DNA of 64,000 nt from Geopsychrobacteraceae bacterium (GCA_963662315.1 OY759353.1:4320001-4384000), one strand, 5' to 3'. Positions 22,676 through 33,674 are shown, numbered from the stretch's first letter. The notes: generated by a model not told the origin, from the sequence alone. Numbers and translations are program-made.

Positions 22676-24240
22676 TGAAACTTTGCACTGCTGCTGAAAT
22701 GGTTGCTCTGGACCAGGGGGCGATAAAAACTTTGGGGATCCCGGGAGCTGTGCTCATGGAAAATGCCGGCCGCGCTTGTTGCCGGTATTTTAATAAACAG
22801 TTCAAGGCGAGGTTCCCCGGCCCGGTTCTGATTGTTTGCGGCAAGGGAAATAATGGCGGTGATGGCTATGTTATGGCCCGCATTCTTGCCGACCAAGGGT
22901 GGCAGGTCCATACTCTGGTACTGGCCAGTCGAGACGATATCAGCGGTGATGCCCGGATCATGCTTGATATTGCCGAGGCCATGGGGTTGGCGGTGAGTTA
23001 CTGTGAAGATGAAGCGCAAAGCAGGACGTTTTTTTCGCAAATCTCGCCTGGTATCGTGGTAGATGCCATATTTGGAACCGGTCTGAGTTCAGAAGTACGT
23101 GGACTGCAGGATACCCTTATCGGTTTGATAAATGATTCTTCTGCCGCGGTTTTTTCCGTAGATATCCCTTCCGGAGTCGACGGTTCAAGCGGGCGTATCT
23201 GTGGCCGCGCTGTGCGTGCCGATCTGACAGTAACCTTTGCTCAGGCTAAAATAGGCCATGGGTCTCAGCCGGGTGCCGAATACTGTGGCCGTCTCGAGGT
23301 GGTTGATATTGGTATCCCGTTCATGGATCGGGTTGATTTTGCCAGTCAAACACGCCTGATTGACAAAGATGAAGCTGCGAACCTGCTTCCAGAACGACCA
23401 ATTAGTGGTCATAAGGGAACGTTTGGTCACGCCTTGATTATTGGCGGGGCTCCCGGCAAGAGTGGCGCTGCTGCTTTAGCCGGGAGTGCTGCCGGGCGCA
23501 GTGGTTGCGGCTTGGTCACAGTTGCCACACCGGCCTCAGTTCATGATATTATTGAAGTTAAGCTGACCGAGGTAATGAGTGCTCCGCTGGCAACGGATGC
23601 AACGGGTCTCATCGCTAGAGGGGCCATAGAACAACTGCCTGAGCTGATTGCCGGAAGGCAGGTTGTTGCCTTCGGCCCCGGCGTTGGCCAGAGCGCAGAA
23701 TTGGGTGATGTTCTGGAGTGGCTGCTGTCTTATGTCCAGGTTCCCGTTGTTATCGATGCCGACGGCCTGAACCTGCTGGCACAACGCCCGGAGCTTCTGA
23801 CCCGGACTCGCAGGCCGCCGCTAATTCTGACCCCTCATCCTGGGGAAATGGCTAGACTCAGTGGACTGAGTGTTGCAGAGATTCAAAGCGGGCGATACGA
23901 GATCGCCCGAGAGTTTGCCGTTAAGAACCGTGTCGTATTATTGTTAAAAGGCATGCGCACCATCATTGCTGCTCCCGATGGCCGTATCAATATTAACGCA
24001 AGTGGTTGTGACGCGTTGGCCAGTGGTGGCAGTGGTGATGTCCTGACTGGCCTGATCGCCGGACTGGTAGCGCAGGGCCTTGAAAGTTTTGAAGCTGCAA
24101 CTCTCGGAGCCTGGCTGCATGGCCGGTCAGCAGAGTCTGCCGCACAGCTTCATGGCAATGCAGGAGTTATCGCTTCTGATCTGATCTCCTGGTTGCCGCA
24201 AACACGTCATGAACTAGCAAAAGGAGGCTCTATATGCTGA
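22675..24240 (+). CDS. nnr: Bifunctional NAD(P)HX epimerase/dehydratase
   Basis: GKGNNGGDG, DIPSG, HKGTFG, DADGL, TPHPGE, GSGDVL. Confidence 0.95.
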   Translation: MKLCTAAEMVALDQGAIKTLGIPGAVLMENAGRACCRYFNKQFKARFPGPVLIVCGKGNNGGDGYVMARILADQGWQVHTLVLASRDDISGDARIMLDIAEAMGLAVSYCEDEAQSRTFFSQISPGIVVDAIFGTGLSSEVRGLQDTLIGLINDSSAAVFSVDIPSGVDGSSGRICGRAVRADLTVTFAQAKIGHGSQPGAEYCGRLEVVDIGIPFMDRVDFASQTRLIDKDEAANLLPERPISGHKGTFGHALIIGGAPGKSGAAALAGSAAGRSGCGLVTVATPASVHDIIEVKLTEVMSAPLATDATGLIARGAIEQLPELIAGRQVVAFGPGVGQSAELGDVLEWLLSYVQVPVVIDADGLNLLAQRPELLTRTRRPPLILTPHPGEMARLSGLSVAEIQSGRYEIAREFAVKNRVVLLLKGMRTIIAAPDGRININASGCDALASGGSGDVLTGLIAGLVAQGLESFEAATLGAWLHGRSAESAAQLHGNAGVIASDLISWLPQTRHELAKGGSIC

Positions 24241-24683
24241 CTGCCCGGGAAATCATGACCACCAATGTTGTCTCTGTGACCACAGAAACCAGTCTGAAAG
24301 ATGTGGCACGCATTTTTGTTGAAACCAATTACAGCAATCTGCCGGTGCTCGATTCAGAGAAGCGTCTCGTCGGAGTTATCAGTGAAACGGATCTGGTCGA
24401 ACAGCAGAAACCATTACACATTCCTACGGTTGTTGCGTTACTTGACGGGGTTTTTTATCTGGACAGTGAAAAGCGTTTTAAGGAAGAAGTTGCACGTGTC
24501 ACTGCAACCCTGGTTGGCGAGCTTCTTGATCATAAATTGGTGACCTGTGCCCCTGATGATACGATACGTGACCTCGCCGGATTGATGAGTAAGCATAAGG
24601 TTCATCTGCTTCCGGTTGTCGAGGATGATCATATGATCGGGGTCGTTGCCAGACTGGATCTGATCAAGGCGATGGAGGCCTGA
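24234..24683 (+). CDS. Stand-alone CBS-pair protein
   Basis: Two CBS repeats (LPVLD...GVISETDL; LPVVE...GVVARLDL). Confidence 0.88.
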   Translation: MLTAREIMTTNVVSVTTETSLKDVARIFVETNYSNLPVLDSEKRLVGVISETDLVEQQKPLHIPTVVALLDGVFYLDSEKRFKEEVARVTATLVGELLDHKLVTCAPDDTIRDLAGLMSKHKVHLLPVVEDDHMIGVVARLDLIKAMEA

Positions 24684-24686
24684 ATT

Positions 24687-25181
24687 TTGAATAAATGGGT
24701 GTATATCAGCAACGCCGAAGAACAGACCCAGCAGTTGGGCTATGCTCTGGGGGCATTGTTTGATAGTCCTGCTCTGATTTTGTTGCGGGGTGATCTTGGG
24801 GCTGGTAAGTCTGTTTTTGCTCGGGGGGTTGCGCGTGGTTTGGGGATTGATCCGCAGATCCCGGTAACCAGCCCCACGTTTACCCTGATGAATCAATATC
24901 AAGGCCGACTTGACCTCTATCATTTTGATTTGTACCGTCTCGGTGATGTTGACGAATTGATTGACATTGGTTTTGAGGACTATGCCTTCGGGCGTGGCGT
25001 AGCACTGGTCGAATGGCCCGATAAAATGGAAGATGAACACGCCCCGGGACTATGGTTGACGATTACGCGGATTGATGAATCACAGCGGCGTTTGGAGTTT
25101 GTTGCCACTGATGCGCGTCATGAGCTCATTTTGAGACAGTTGAAAGCAAAAGTGCAACCTGAAAATACTGTTGAAAATTAG
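24687..25181 (+). CDS. tsaE: tRNA t6A biosynthesis ATPase TsaE
   Basis: GDLGAGKS, SPTFTL, HFDLYRL, VEW. Confidence 0.95.
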   Translation: MNKWVYISNAEEQTQQLGYALGALFDSPALILLRGDLGAGKSVFARGVARGLGIDPQIPVTSPTFTLMNQYQGRLDLYHFDLYRLGDVDELIDIGFEDYAFGRGVALVEWPDKMEDEHAPGLWLTITRIDESQRRLEFVATDARHELILRQLKAKVQPENTVEN

Positions 25182-25312
25182 TAAGAAAGCTGACTTTTTT
25201 CTGAAAACCACTTGCTATTATTCGAGGATTTCCCGAATATAAAGTCTTTATAAATGCCGATGAATATAGACTGTGTTCATCGGTTTTTCCTGATAAGGAG
25301 GATTGTACTGTT

Positions 25313-26545
25313 ATGGCTTTGGTAGTACAGAAATACGGCGGGACATCGGTGGGGACGGTCGAACGGATCCGCAATGTTGCACGCCGGGTTGCCAAAACAT
25401 TCGATGACGGGAATGATGTGGTAGTCATTGTTTCAGCAATGGCTGGAGAAACCAACCGTCTCGTTGCTCTTGCCGAGGAAGTGTGCGAATTTCCCAATGA
25501 GCGTGAATATGATGTTCTGGTATCAACGGGAGAACAGGTCACTATTGCTCTGTTGTCAATGTGCCTGCAATCAATGGGGTATAATGCCAAAAGTTACCTG
25601 GGGTCTCAGATTCCGCTGGTCACTGATAAAGCCCATGCTAAGGCACGGATTAAAAACATTGACGATAAGAAAATCCGTGAAGATCTGAAGAGCGGGACTA
25701 TTATCGTTGTTGCCGGTTTTCAGGGCACCGATGGAGAAGGAAATATCACCACTCTCGGTCGCGGTGGTTCAGACACGTCGGCTGTTGCCGTTGCGGCAGC
25801 ATTGAAAGCGGATGTTTGTGAAATTTACACCGATGTCGACGGCGTTTATACGACCGATCCGCGGATGGTTCCGGAAGCACGCAAGATCGAGAAGATCTCT
25901 TATGAGGAAATGCTCGAGATGGCATCTCTGGGTGCCAAGATCCTGCAAATCCGTAGTGTTGAATTTGCCAAAAAATACAACGTTGTTGTTCATGTGCGTT
26001 CCAGTTTTGATGATACTCCTGGTACGCTGGTTATGAAGGAGGATAATGAAATGGAATCTGTAATGGTTTCCGGTATTGCATATAATAAAGATGAAGCCAA
26101 AATCAGTATATTCGGTGTTCCCGATCATCCAGGCATCGCAGCACAGATCTTTACGCCTTTGAGCAGCAACAATATTACTGTTGATATGATTATCCAGAAT
26201 ATCTCCCACGAAGGTGCAACCGATATGACCTTTACCGTGCCTAAGGGTGATTGTAAAAAGGCGGTCCAGATTGTTGAAGAGATTGCTTCGAAAATCGGCG
26301 CACGTGGGGTCAGCAGTGATTTGAATATCTCCAAGGTATCGATCATCGGTGTCGGTATGCGTTCCCACTCAGGTGTGGCCAGTACCATGTTTGAAACCTT
26401 GTCCCGTGAAGGGATTAATATTGAAATGATTTCAACCAGTGAAATTAAGGTTTCCTGTGTTATCAACTCCAAGTATACAGAGTTGGCCGTACGCGTTTTG
26501 CACGAAGCTTTCGGCCTGGACAAAAAAGAAGCTGAAGAGCACTGA
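25313..26545 (+). CDS. lysC: Aspartate kinase
   Basis: [24 protein letters not shown], two ACT domains. Confidence 0.96.
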   Translation: MALVVQKYGGTSVGTVERIRNVARRVAKTFDDGNDVVVIVSAMAGETNRLVALAEEVCEFPNEREYDVLVSTGEQVTIALLSMCLQSMGYNAKSYLGSQIPLVTDKAHAKARIKNIDDKKIREDLKSGTIIVVAGFQGTDGEGNITTLGRGGSDTSAVAVAAALKADVCEIYTDVDGVYTTDPRMVPEARKIEKISYEEMLEMASLGAKILQIRSVEFAKKYNVVVHVRSSFDDTPGTLVMKEDNEMESVMVSGIAYNKDEAKISIFGVPDHPGIAAQIFTPLSSNNITVDMIIQNISHEGATDMTFTVPKGDCKKAVQIVEEIASKIGARGVSSDLNISKVSIIGVGMRSHSGVASTMFETLSREGINIEMISTSEIKVSCVINSKYTELAVRVLHEAFGLDKKEAEEH

Positions 26546-26612
26546 TTGCCGGTTCAGTGCCCCGCCTCGCAGCAGTTAATGCGAGGCAGGGCACAAGGAG
26601 AACAGACACTTC

Positions 26613-28181
26613 ATGACAAGGATCTACCTTTACGATACCACCTTAAGAGACGGCACCCAGGCCGAAGATATCTCATTTCAGATTCAGGATAAATTACGGA
26701 TAGCCAAGCGGCTTGATGATATCGGAATTGATTATATTGAGGGCGGGTGGCCCGGTTCCAATCCGAAAGATATTGGTTTTTTTAAAGCGATAAAATCCGA
26801 AAAGCTGAGCCACAGTAAAATTGCGGCATTCGGGTCAACACGGCGGGCGCGAATAACTCCGGCTGAGGATAATAATATCCAGATGCTGCTGGAGGCAGAA
26901 CCGGATGTTGTGACCATATTCGGCAAAACCTGGGATTTTCACGTCACTGAAGCTCTAAGAATCTCTCTGGATGAAAATCTGGAACTTATAAATGACTCTC
27001 TGGTTTATCTGAAACAGTGGCTGCCAGAAGTGATTTATGATGCCGAACATTTCTTCGATGGCTATAAAAACAACCCGGAATATGCGCTTCAGACGCTGAT
27101 TGCTGCGGCTGAAGCAAAAGTGAATTGTATCGTTCTGTGCGACACCAATGGCGGGACTTTGCCTCACGAAATTCCGCCCATTCTGGAAGCTGTAAAGCAG
27201 GCCATCTCCGTACCGATCGGTATTCATGCCCATAATGACAGTGAATGTGCCGTTGCCAATTCTCTTATTGCCGTAACCTGTGGTGCCGTGCATGTCCAGG
27301 GAACCATTAATGGTTTTGGAGAGCGTTGTGGCAACGCAAATCTATGTTCAATTATCCCGGCCCTGCAATTGAAATTAGGGAATCAGGTTCTGGGCGATGA
27401 TCAACTCAAATACATGCGGAAGACCTCGCGTTTTGTTTACGAGCTTGCCAATCTGGTGCCCAATAAACATCAGGCCTATGTGGGCAATTCCGCCTTTGCT
27501 CATAAAGGAGGAGTCCATGTTTCCGCGATTCAACGCCATCCCGAAACGTATGAACATATCCGGCCTGAGAGCGTAGGGAATCGTACCAGGGTTCTGGTTT
27601 CAGATCTTTCCGGACGGGCTAATATCCTTGCCAAGGCTGAAGAATGTGGGCTTCAGTTGGACAGTCAAGATCCTGTCACGCTGGAAATTCTGGAAAAGAT
27701 CAAGGATATGGAAAACAGTGGCTTTCAGTTTGAAGGTGCTGAAGCCTCTTTTGAGTTACTTATGCTTAAAGAGATGGGTCGACTCAAGCATTACTTCACA
27801 GTAACCGCTTTCCGCGTTATTGATACGCTGCCTGAGTGTGATAAAGATCCGGTCAGTGAAGCGACCATCAAGGTCAAGGTAGGGGGCAAGGTTGAGCATA
27901 CCGCAGCAGATGGAAATGGCCCGGTTAATGCGCTTGATAAGGCTTTGCGTAAAGGATTGATCAATTTTTATCCTCAGATTGGCGATGTTAAACTGCTTGA
28001 CTACAAAGTCCGTGTGCTTCCGGCAAGCCGCGGGACAGATTCCGTTATTAGAGTGCTGGTCGAGTCAGGAGATGATGATGGGCGTTGGGGAACCGTTGGT
28101 GTCAGCACTAACGTGATAGACGCTTCGTATCAGGCGGTAGCAGATTCTTTGATCTACAAGTTATACAAGGATAGCCTATAA
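26613..28181 (+). CDS. cimA: Citramalate synthase (LeuA-like family)
   Basis: [40 protein letters not shown]. Confidence 0.9.
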   Translation: MTRIYLYDTTLRDGTQAEDISFQIQDKLRIAKRLDDIGIDYIEGGWPGSNPKDIGFFKAIKSEKLSHSKIAAFGSTRRARITPAEDNNIQMLLEAEPDVVTIFGKTWDFHVTEALRISLDENLELINDSLVYLKQWLPEVIYDAEHFFDGYKNNPEYALQTLIAAAEAKVNCIVLCDTNGGTLPHEIPPILEAVKQAISVPIGIHAHNDSECAVANSLIAVTCGAVHVQGTINGFGERCGNANLCSIIPALQLKLGNQVLGDDQLKYMRKTSRFVYELANLVPNKHQAYVGNSAFAHKGGVHVSAIQRHPETYEHIRPESVGNRTRVLVSDLSGRANILAKAEECGLQLDSQDPVTLEILEKIKDMENSGFQFEGAEASFELLMLKEMGRLKHYFTVTAFRVIDTLPECDKDPVSEATIKVKVGGKVEHTAADGNGPVNALDKALRKGLINFYPQIGDVKLLDYKVRVLPASRGTDSVIRVLVESGDDDGRWGTVGVSTNVIDASYQAVADSLIYKLYKDSL

Positions 28182-28233
28182 TTTTTTTGATCGGCTTGAA
28201 GAGCGTTTCTTTCACCGTTTCGGGCTTAATTTA

Positions 28234-28275
28234 TCAACCGGCAGGTTTTTATCGTCTGCCGGTTGACTGCTTTTT
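28234..28275 (+). terminator. Probable terminator after cimA
   Basis: TCAACCGGCAG...CTGCCGGTTGA stem followed by CTGCTTTTT. Confidence 0.55.
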
Positions 28276-28661
28276 GCAGTTCAATTCTTATCTAGCGTCA
28301 AAAAATAAACGGTTCATTCTGTTTCGTCAGAATATTGACGAATCTGCTTTTGTCAGCTTTTTTCACAGCCCCCATTTCAAATGTCCGTAAAAAAACATAA
28401 AATAAAGTTTATTTTTTGCTGACTCGCCAAAATAATGACGATCAATTTCTGCTATCATTGCTGGACGGTTGGCTATAAGCATAAAAATAGTGTCTAAGCG
28501 TGTTGTTTTTGATGTGTAACTTGCTGAATATACGAAGTTTATAAGCAGTATTTTGAAATGTGGTGATTTTTTTTCTGCTTTTGGCATGTGATATGAAAGG
28601 CTTCTTTGCAGCGCTTTATAATTGTACGTCTTGTCAAGTATACAGCCACAGGAGGTGTCAC

Positions 28662-28817
28662 ATGAAATGTCCAAAATGTAAGGGAAGGATGTATTCAGAA
28701 AAGTACTACGATTTTGTCAGAGCTTTTGATGCATGGAAGTGCAGCGTTTGCGGAGAAGTTGTAGATCCGGTGATTCTGGCAAACAGGACGCGCAGTAAGA
28801 CACACGAAATTTCTTGA
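28662..28817 (+). CDS. Small (51 aa) zinc-ribbon protein, CxxC...CxxC
   Basis: AGGAGG RBS before ATG; MKCPKC...WKCSVCGE; own terminator. Confidence 0.8.
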   Translation: MKCPKCKGRMYSEKYYDFVRAFDAWKCSVCGEVVDPVILANRTRSKTHEIS

Positions 28818-28848
28818 TAACTCTTGAATAATGAACCGTAAATACTTT

Positions 28849-28877
28849 AAGGCCGGGTTTCTCCCCGGCCTTTTTTA
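28849..28877 (+). terminator. Intrinsic terminator
   Basis: AAGGCCGGG tttctc CCCGGCCTT TTTT. Confidence 0.75.
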
Positions 28878-29058
28878 TTGGGATGTTACCAACGCAGTGA
28901 AGCGTTAGCATTCGGCTGGAGGCCGTGATTACCTAGATGGCGTGGTTAAAATGAAGACACCGTCTTAAATGAGTTGTATTTATAAAGCAAATGTGAATAA
29001 TGTCGACAATCGACAAATAGAAGGCTGTTAACTTTATATATCAGGCGAGGAGTTAATA

Positions 29059-30345
29059 ATGGTCAATGGTCATCATGAAGTGCATTTGAATCTTAATGTA
29101 CGTGGCTTGCCGGTGTCAGCAACGCTGGGAATAAATGAAGAGAGTAATCGGTTGATTGCCGAAGGAAAACAGGTTTACAAGCTTGGATTGGGACAGTCGC
29201 CTTTCCCTGTACCTGGTCCGGTTGTCAAAGAATTGCAGAATAATGCTCACCAGAAGGATTATCTGCCCGTAAGGGGGCTTCCCGCTTTATGCGAAGCTGT
29301 CGCTCAATATTACCGCCGCACTCAGGATATTCCCATCGCAAAGGAGAATGTTCTGATTGGTCCAGGTTCCAAAGAGCTGATGTTTATTCTGCAGCTGGTA
29401 TATTATGGAGACTTGGTGATACCAACACCCAGTTGGGTCTCTTACGCTCCTCAAGCTCATATCGTCGGCCGGCATGTTTATTGGCTGGAGACAGAGGAAC
29501 AGAATAACTGGCTGCTGACTCCAGAAGAGCTGGAAAGCCTTTGTGCTAAAGATCCCAGCAAACCACGTATTGTTATTTTGAATTATCCGAACAATCCAAC
29601 CGGGTGTTCCTATTCTGCACAACAGCTGGAGGAATTGGCTGCTGTCGCACGAAAATACAAGGTGATTCTGCTCTCCGATGAAATTTATGGGGAACTTAAC
29701 TTTAAAGGCTGTCATCAGTCCATTGCCCGTTATTATCCGGAAGGAACCATTATCGCAAGTGGACTCAGCAAATGGGCGGGAGCTGGCGGTTGGAGACTTG
29801 GTACTTTTGCCTTCCCAGCTGAGTTGAAATGGCTGATGGAAGCTATGGCTGTTGTCGCCAGCGAAACTTTTACAGCAACAAGTGCTCCCATTCAGTATGC
29901 CGCCGTCAAAGCGTTTCAGGGGGGCGATCTGATTGAACGCTATCTGCATAATTCCAGGAGAATTCTCAGCACTCTGAGTGACTGGGTCTGGACCAAGCTC
30001 ACCGACGCCGGTGTTTCAGTCGCCCGACCTGACGGTGCATTTTATATGCTCCCTGATTTTGAACCGTTACGCGACCGTCTTGCAAGCCGTGGAATAACAG
30101 ATGGTGAAGCGTTGTGTAACCGCTTGTTACAGGAAACCGGCGTAGCCATATTACCTGGAAGCAGTTTTGGCCGTCCGCGTAAAGAATTAACAGCGCGGAT
30201 GGCATTCGTGGATTTTGATGGTGCCAGAGCTCTGGCCGCAGCAGAGCAGTATGCAGCGGATCAGCCACTGGGTGAAGAGTTTTTAAAGCTCTATTGTGAA
30301 CGTGTGCTGGTTGCTATTACACGGCTTTGTGAGTGGATAGGATAA
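29059..30345 (+). CDS. PLP-dependent aminotransferase class I/II (aspartate aminotransferase-like)
   Basis: NYPNNPTG, SDEIY, SGLSK..GGWRLG. Confidence 0.9.
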   Translation: MVNGHHEVHLNLNVRGLPVSATLGINEESNRLIAEGKQVYKLGLGQSPFPVPGPVVKELQNNAHQKDYLPVRGLPALCEAVAQYYRRTQDIPIAKENVLIGPGSKELMFILQLVYYGDLVIPTPSWVSYAPQAHIVGRHVYWLETEEQNNWLLTPEELESLCAKDPSKPRIVILNYPNNPTGCSYSAQQLEELAAVARKYKVILLSDEIYGELNFKGCHQSIARYYPEGTIIASGLSKWAGAGGWRLGTFAFPAELKWLMEAMAVVASETFTATSAPIQYAAVKAFQGGDLIERYLHNSRRILSTLSDWVWTKLTDAGVSVARPDGAFYMLPDFEPLRDRLASRGITDGEALCNRLLQETGVAILPGSSFGRPRKELTARMAFVDFDGARALAAAEQYAADQPLGEEFLKLYCERVLVAITRLCEWIG

Positions 30346-30389
30346 CAGCAGTGTTTTGGGTGAAGAAGGTTGTGTGGTAAGAGGGGCTG

Positions 30390-30432
30390 AAGAACTCCCT
30401 GACGGGTGAGGTCAGGGAGTTCTTGTTTTTTT
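30390..30432. terminator. Hairpin between convergent genes
   Basis: AAGAACTCCCTGAC/GTCAGGGAGTTCTT 14 bp stem, T-tract on + strand. Confidence 0.65.
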
Positions 30433-31032
30433 GGGCTCGGTTTTGATATCGCGAGTGATTTTCATCACGCCGGCAAGAGCGATGAACGCAAAAATGAAAC
30501 CGCGCCATTTGACGGGTTCTTTGCCTTCACTGATAAAGATGACATCGGGCTGAACCGCAATGTGCATGTCGGTCAAGAGTTGGATAAGTTTATCCCTGTT
30601 ACTGTTGGCAATCAGGCCACTGGTTATTAGGCCAGTCACCTCGCGCTGACCCAAAAAAAGCTCCTGGTTCTGGGCGCGGAATCGGCTGCGCTGCTCTTCT
30701 GTATCAAGTTGAAAATAATAGGTTTTGAGGGCATCGATGAGAGCTGGATCGCGGGTTTCGAACCAGACTTTTGCCTGTTGTTCCTGAGGCGAGGATTTGA
30801 GCGGCACCAGGAAACTGTTCAGTTCCATGGTCCCGCTCATATTAATTGCTTCCGTCAGGTTGACATAGCCTTCAGTGATATGAAGCCATTCTCTTTGAGG
30901 CCCGTCTGACTCAATGGCCTTGATGGTCATGTCCTTTGGAGACATATTGCGGCCGAACTGGGTGATGTCGGCATAGGCCAGCCAGGACAAAATCAGGCAG
31001 ATGGCAATCATGGTAAAACGAAAACGCTGCAT
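30412..31032 (-). CDS. Hypothetical membrane-anchored protein (N- and C-terminal hydrophobic helices)
   Basis: 206 aa ORF filling the gap; no family recognised. Confidence 0.7.
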   Translation of the reverse strand: MQRFRFTMIAICLILSWLAYADITQFGRNMSPKDMTIKAIESDGPQREWLHITEGYVNLTEAINMSGTMELNSFLVPLKSSPQEQQAKVWFETRDPALIDALKTYYFQLDTEEQRSRFRAQNQELFLGQREVTGLITSGLIANSNRDKLIQLLTDMHIAVQPDVIFISEGKEPVKWRGFIFAFIALAGVMKITRDIKTEPKKTRTP

Positions 31033-31107
31033 GTTGGACTCTTCAGTTGTGCCGTATGTTGATACGAGTTTATGTGGGCAAGTTCAGGCGCCAGCAGTGT
31101 TGCTGAG

Positions 31108-31138
31108 AAAAAAGTGGGCCGCAGCTGTCGCGGCCCAG
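31108..31138 (-). terminator. Terminator after actP
   Basis: TGGGCCGC/GCGGCCCA stem with T-tract on minus strand. Confidence 0.6.
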
Positions 31139-31176
31139 AGTATTGCAGATTCGCTTGTGGATTTCAAGGGATCACG

Positions 31177-33102
31177 TCAGGCGGTTTCTCCTGCCGCGTT
31201 AATTGCCTCTTCACCTTTTTGTGAAAGCAGGGAAACGATCACCAGGGCTACAAAAGATAATGGAATGGATATCAGTGCGGGGCTGTTGAACTGTACCGGA
31301 GCATCGCCGGGCAGTAGACCGTAACGAACCCACATGTCTGGAGATACGAGAATCAGCCCCAGGGAGCTGGCCAGACCGACAAAAATTGAGGCCGCAACTC
31401 CTTTGGCTGTTGTTTTCTCCCAGAACAACAGCATCAGTATAGCAGGCAGGTTTGCTGATGCTGCGACGGCAAAGGCCCAGCCAACCAGGAAGGAAACGTT
31501 CATACCTTCAAAGACGATACCCAGGTAGATAGCGATCCCGCCGATTATGATGGCGGAAATCTTACCAGCTCTGACCTTGGCATGGTCACTCATCTGCATA
31601 CCCAGGAAATTATCCATCAGGTCATGAGCAATGGCTCCCGATGCTGCGACAATCAGGCCAGATACTGTTCCCAAGACGGTGGCAAATGCCAGCGAAGAAA
31701 TAACGGCAAACAATATGACACCGAAGGACAGAGCCAGCAGTGGTGCAGACATATTGTTGTCGGTGATATTGATAACCCCGTTGGTCATAGCCCCCATGCC
31801 GAGGAACAGGGTGAGGATATAGAAGAAGCCAATGGCTGCAATAGCGACGATAGTCGATTTACGTGCCGCTGCTTGGCTGGGAACCGTATAGTAACGAATC
31901 AGGATATGGGGCAGCGCTGCCGTTCCGCAGAACAATGCCAGCATCAGGCTCATGAAATTGAACTTTTGCAAGCCGGTAGCATTGTCGACCTTGAATTTGA
32001 GACCAGGGCGCAGAATACGGGATCCTGGCGTCGGTTTCTGATAGTAGACCGTCAGAAGCTTGTCGCCGTCCTGAATATATTTGCTTCCCCACAGGACAAT
32101 CGTGGAGTCTTTTATGGCCGACAGGTAAGCGAAGGGGCCTACGGCTCCGGTTGCTGTGACGGTTTCGCCTTTTACTTTAAGCTCTTTGATATGCCCGACC
32201 GGAAAAAATTTTCCATCTTCCGCCGGAGCACCATTAAACAATTTGGTCCCGTCGTGCAGTTTGGTCACGTAAAGTGTTTCTTCAAGGTTGTAGCCTGTGT
32301 CGGTTTTATGTAACTGCCAGATTGATTCTTCGCCATGTTTAGCCAGCTTGATAAAGCCTGCCTGGCCATAAGCAGAGTCGAGTCCGGCAACTACACTATA
32401 GCTTGAGTTCAAAATATTCAGATCGGCATCGGCCTGAAGGGTTTTGAAATCGTGGTAGGCAGTGGTCTGGTTTTCAGGCGTCGTGGATAGGCCGCGGACC
32501 AGAACTGCGATAACGACAACGGTAGACATGATAAGCAGCAGGGCGCCCTTAAAGAACTGGACGTAGGTTGTTGATGCCATGCCCGCTGTGGCAACGATGA
32601 TGGTGACAACGATACCAACGATGCATACCCCGACCCAGTGCGGCAGACCGAGTAACTGTTGCACCAGGACTCCGGCGCCGACCATTTGTGGAATCAAGTA
32701 AAAAACTGAAACCAGGAGGGTTGATATGGCGGCCATGAGCTGAATAGCCTTTGAGTTGAACTTTGAGTCAAGGGCGTCGGTGAAGGTATATTTGCCGAGT
32801 CGTTTCATCGGTTCGGCAACCAAAAACAGGGCGACAATCCAGCCCGCCAGATAGCCGATGGAGTACATCCATCCGTCATAGCCTGCCGTTGCGATCATGC
32901 CGCAAATGCCAAGAAATGATGCCGCGGAAAGATAGTCACCGGCGAAGGCGATACCATTGGTCATCCAATGAATCTGGCCGCCGGCGGCATAATACCCTGC
33001 TGCAGAGCTGGTCCTTCGTGCCAGGAAAAAGGACAGTCCCAGGACAAACAGGACAAAGCAGATAAACAGTCCGATGGCGAGCGGTGATTGGCTATAGATC
33101 AT
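31177..33102 (-). CDS. actP: Cation/acetate symporter ActP (sodium:solute symporter family) with large soluble insertion
   Basis: AGDYLSAASFLG, GTAALPHILIRYYTVP, AFATVLGTVSGL; downstream of DUF485 gene. Confidence 0.88.
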   Translation of the reverse strand: MIYSQSPLAIGLFICFVLFVLGLSFFLARRTSSAAGYYAAGGQIHWMTNGIAFAGDYLSAASFLGICGMIATAGYDGWMYSIGYLAGWIVALFLVAEPMKRLGKYTFTDALDSKFNSKAIQLMAAISTLLVSVFYLIPQMVGAGVLVQQLLGLPHWVGVCIVGIVVTIIVATAGMASTTYVQFFKGALLLIMSTVVVIAVLVRGLSTTPENQTTAYHDFKTLQADADLNILNSSYSVVAGLDSAYGQAGFIKLAKHGEESIWQLHKTDTGYNLEETLYVTKLHDGTKLFNGAPAEDGKFFPVGHIKELKVKGETVTATGAVGPFAYLSAIKDSTIVLWGSKYIQDGDKLLTVYYQKPTPGSRILRPGLKFKVDNATGLQKFNFMSLMLALFCGTAALPHILIRYYTVPSQAAARKSTIVAIAAIGFFYILTLFLGMGAMTNGVINITDNNMSAPLLALSFGVILFAVISSLAFATVLGTVSGLIVAASGAIAHDLMDNFLGMQMSDHAKVRAGKISAIIIGGIAIYLGIVFEGMNVSFLVGWAFAVAASANLPAILMLLFWEKTTAKGVAASIFVGLASSLGLILVSPDMWVRYGLLPGDAPVQFNSPALISIPLSFVALVIVSLLSQKGEEAINAAGETA

Positions 33103-33117
33103 GTGCTGTGTCCTTTC

Positions 33118-33384
33118 TTAGTCATTCAGCTGTTTTTCTGCTTTGTTGCAGAATGCGTTATAGATGACGGCCATAGCCAGAGCCAGAATGATCAGCCCGA
33201 ATCCCCAGATAACAGCAGCGGTCTGTCCCATAACACTGCTTTCCATCAATTTGGGGTTGGTTGTATTGATAATTACGAAGGTGGCGTAAACCAGACTGTA
33301 GATGATAAACATCTTGATGCCGAGTTTGGTTTTGTACCCTGCGGCATTGTCCTTGCTAAGCTTAACTGCGGGTCCGTGTCCCAT
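33118..33384 (-). CDS. DUF485/YjcH small membrane partner of ActP
   Basis: Two TM helices, directly upstream of actP, GAGGAG RBS. Confidence 0.8.
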   Translation of the reverse strand: MGHGPAVKLSKDNAAGYKTKLGIKMFIIYSLVYATFVIINTTNPKLMESSVMGQTAAVIWGFGLIILALAMAVIYNAFCNKAEKQLND

Positions 33385-33674
33385 GTGATGCTCCTCTCTC
33401 AATGTGTGGTCAATGATAAAAAGTAACAGCGTTAGAAAGTAGATTTATCATTTTTCAGGTATAAAATATTATAATTACAGGATAAATGATTCGATCTGGT
33501 ATATATTTAGTTATATTGGTTTTTGAATGTACAGATAATAGCACGATGTTTTATAATTGAGTCAATAGAAAAATCAGCTCAACAGGAAGTCGTGAAGCTG
33601 CGGTCGTGGGTCAGGGAGTCAGTGGTATGCAGATCATAGGCTGGCTGGTTACAGCGTATGGCTTCTGCGCGCCT

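Noticed and set aside
28581..28597. Sigma54 promoter TTGGCATG...ATGAA upstream of the zinc-ribbon gene
   Set aside because: The -24 GG is present but the -12 GC is replaced by GA; too weak to call.
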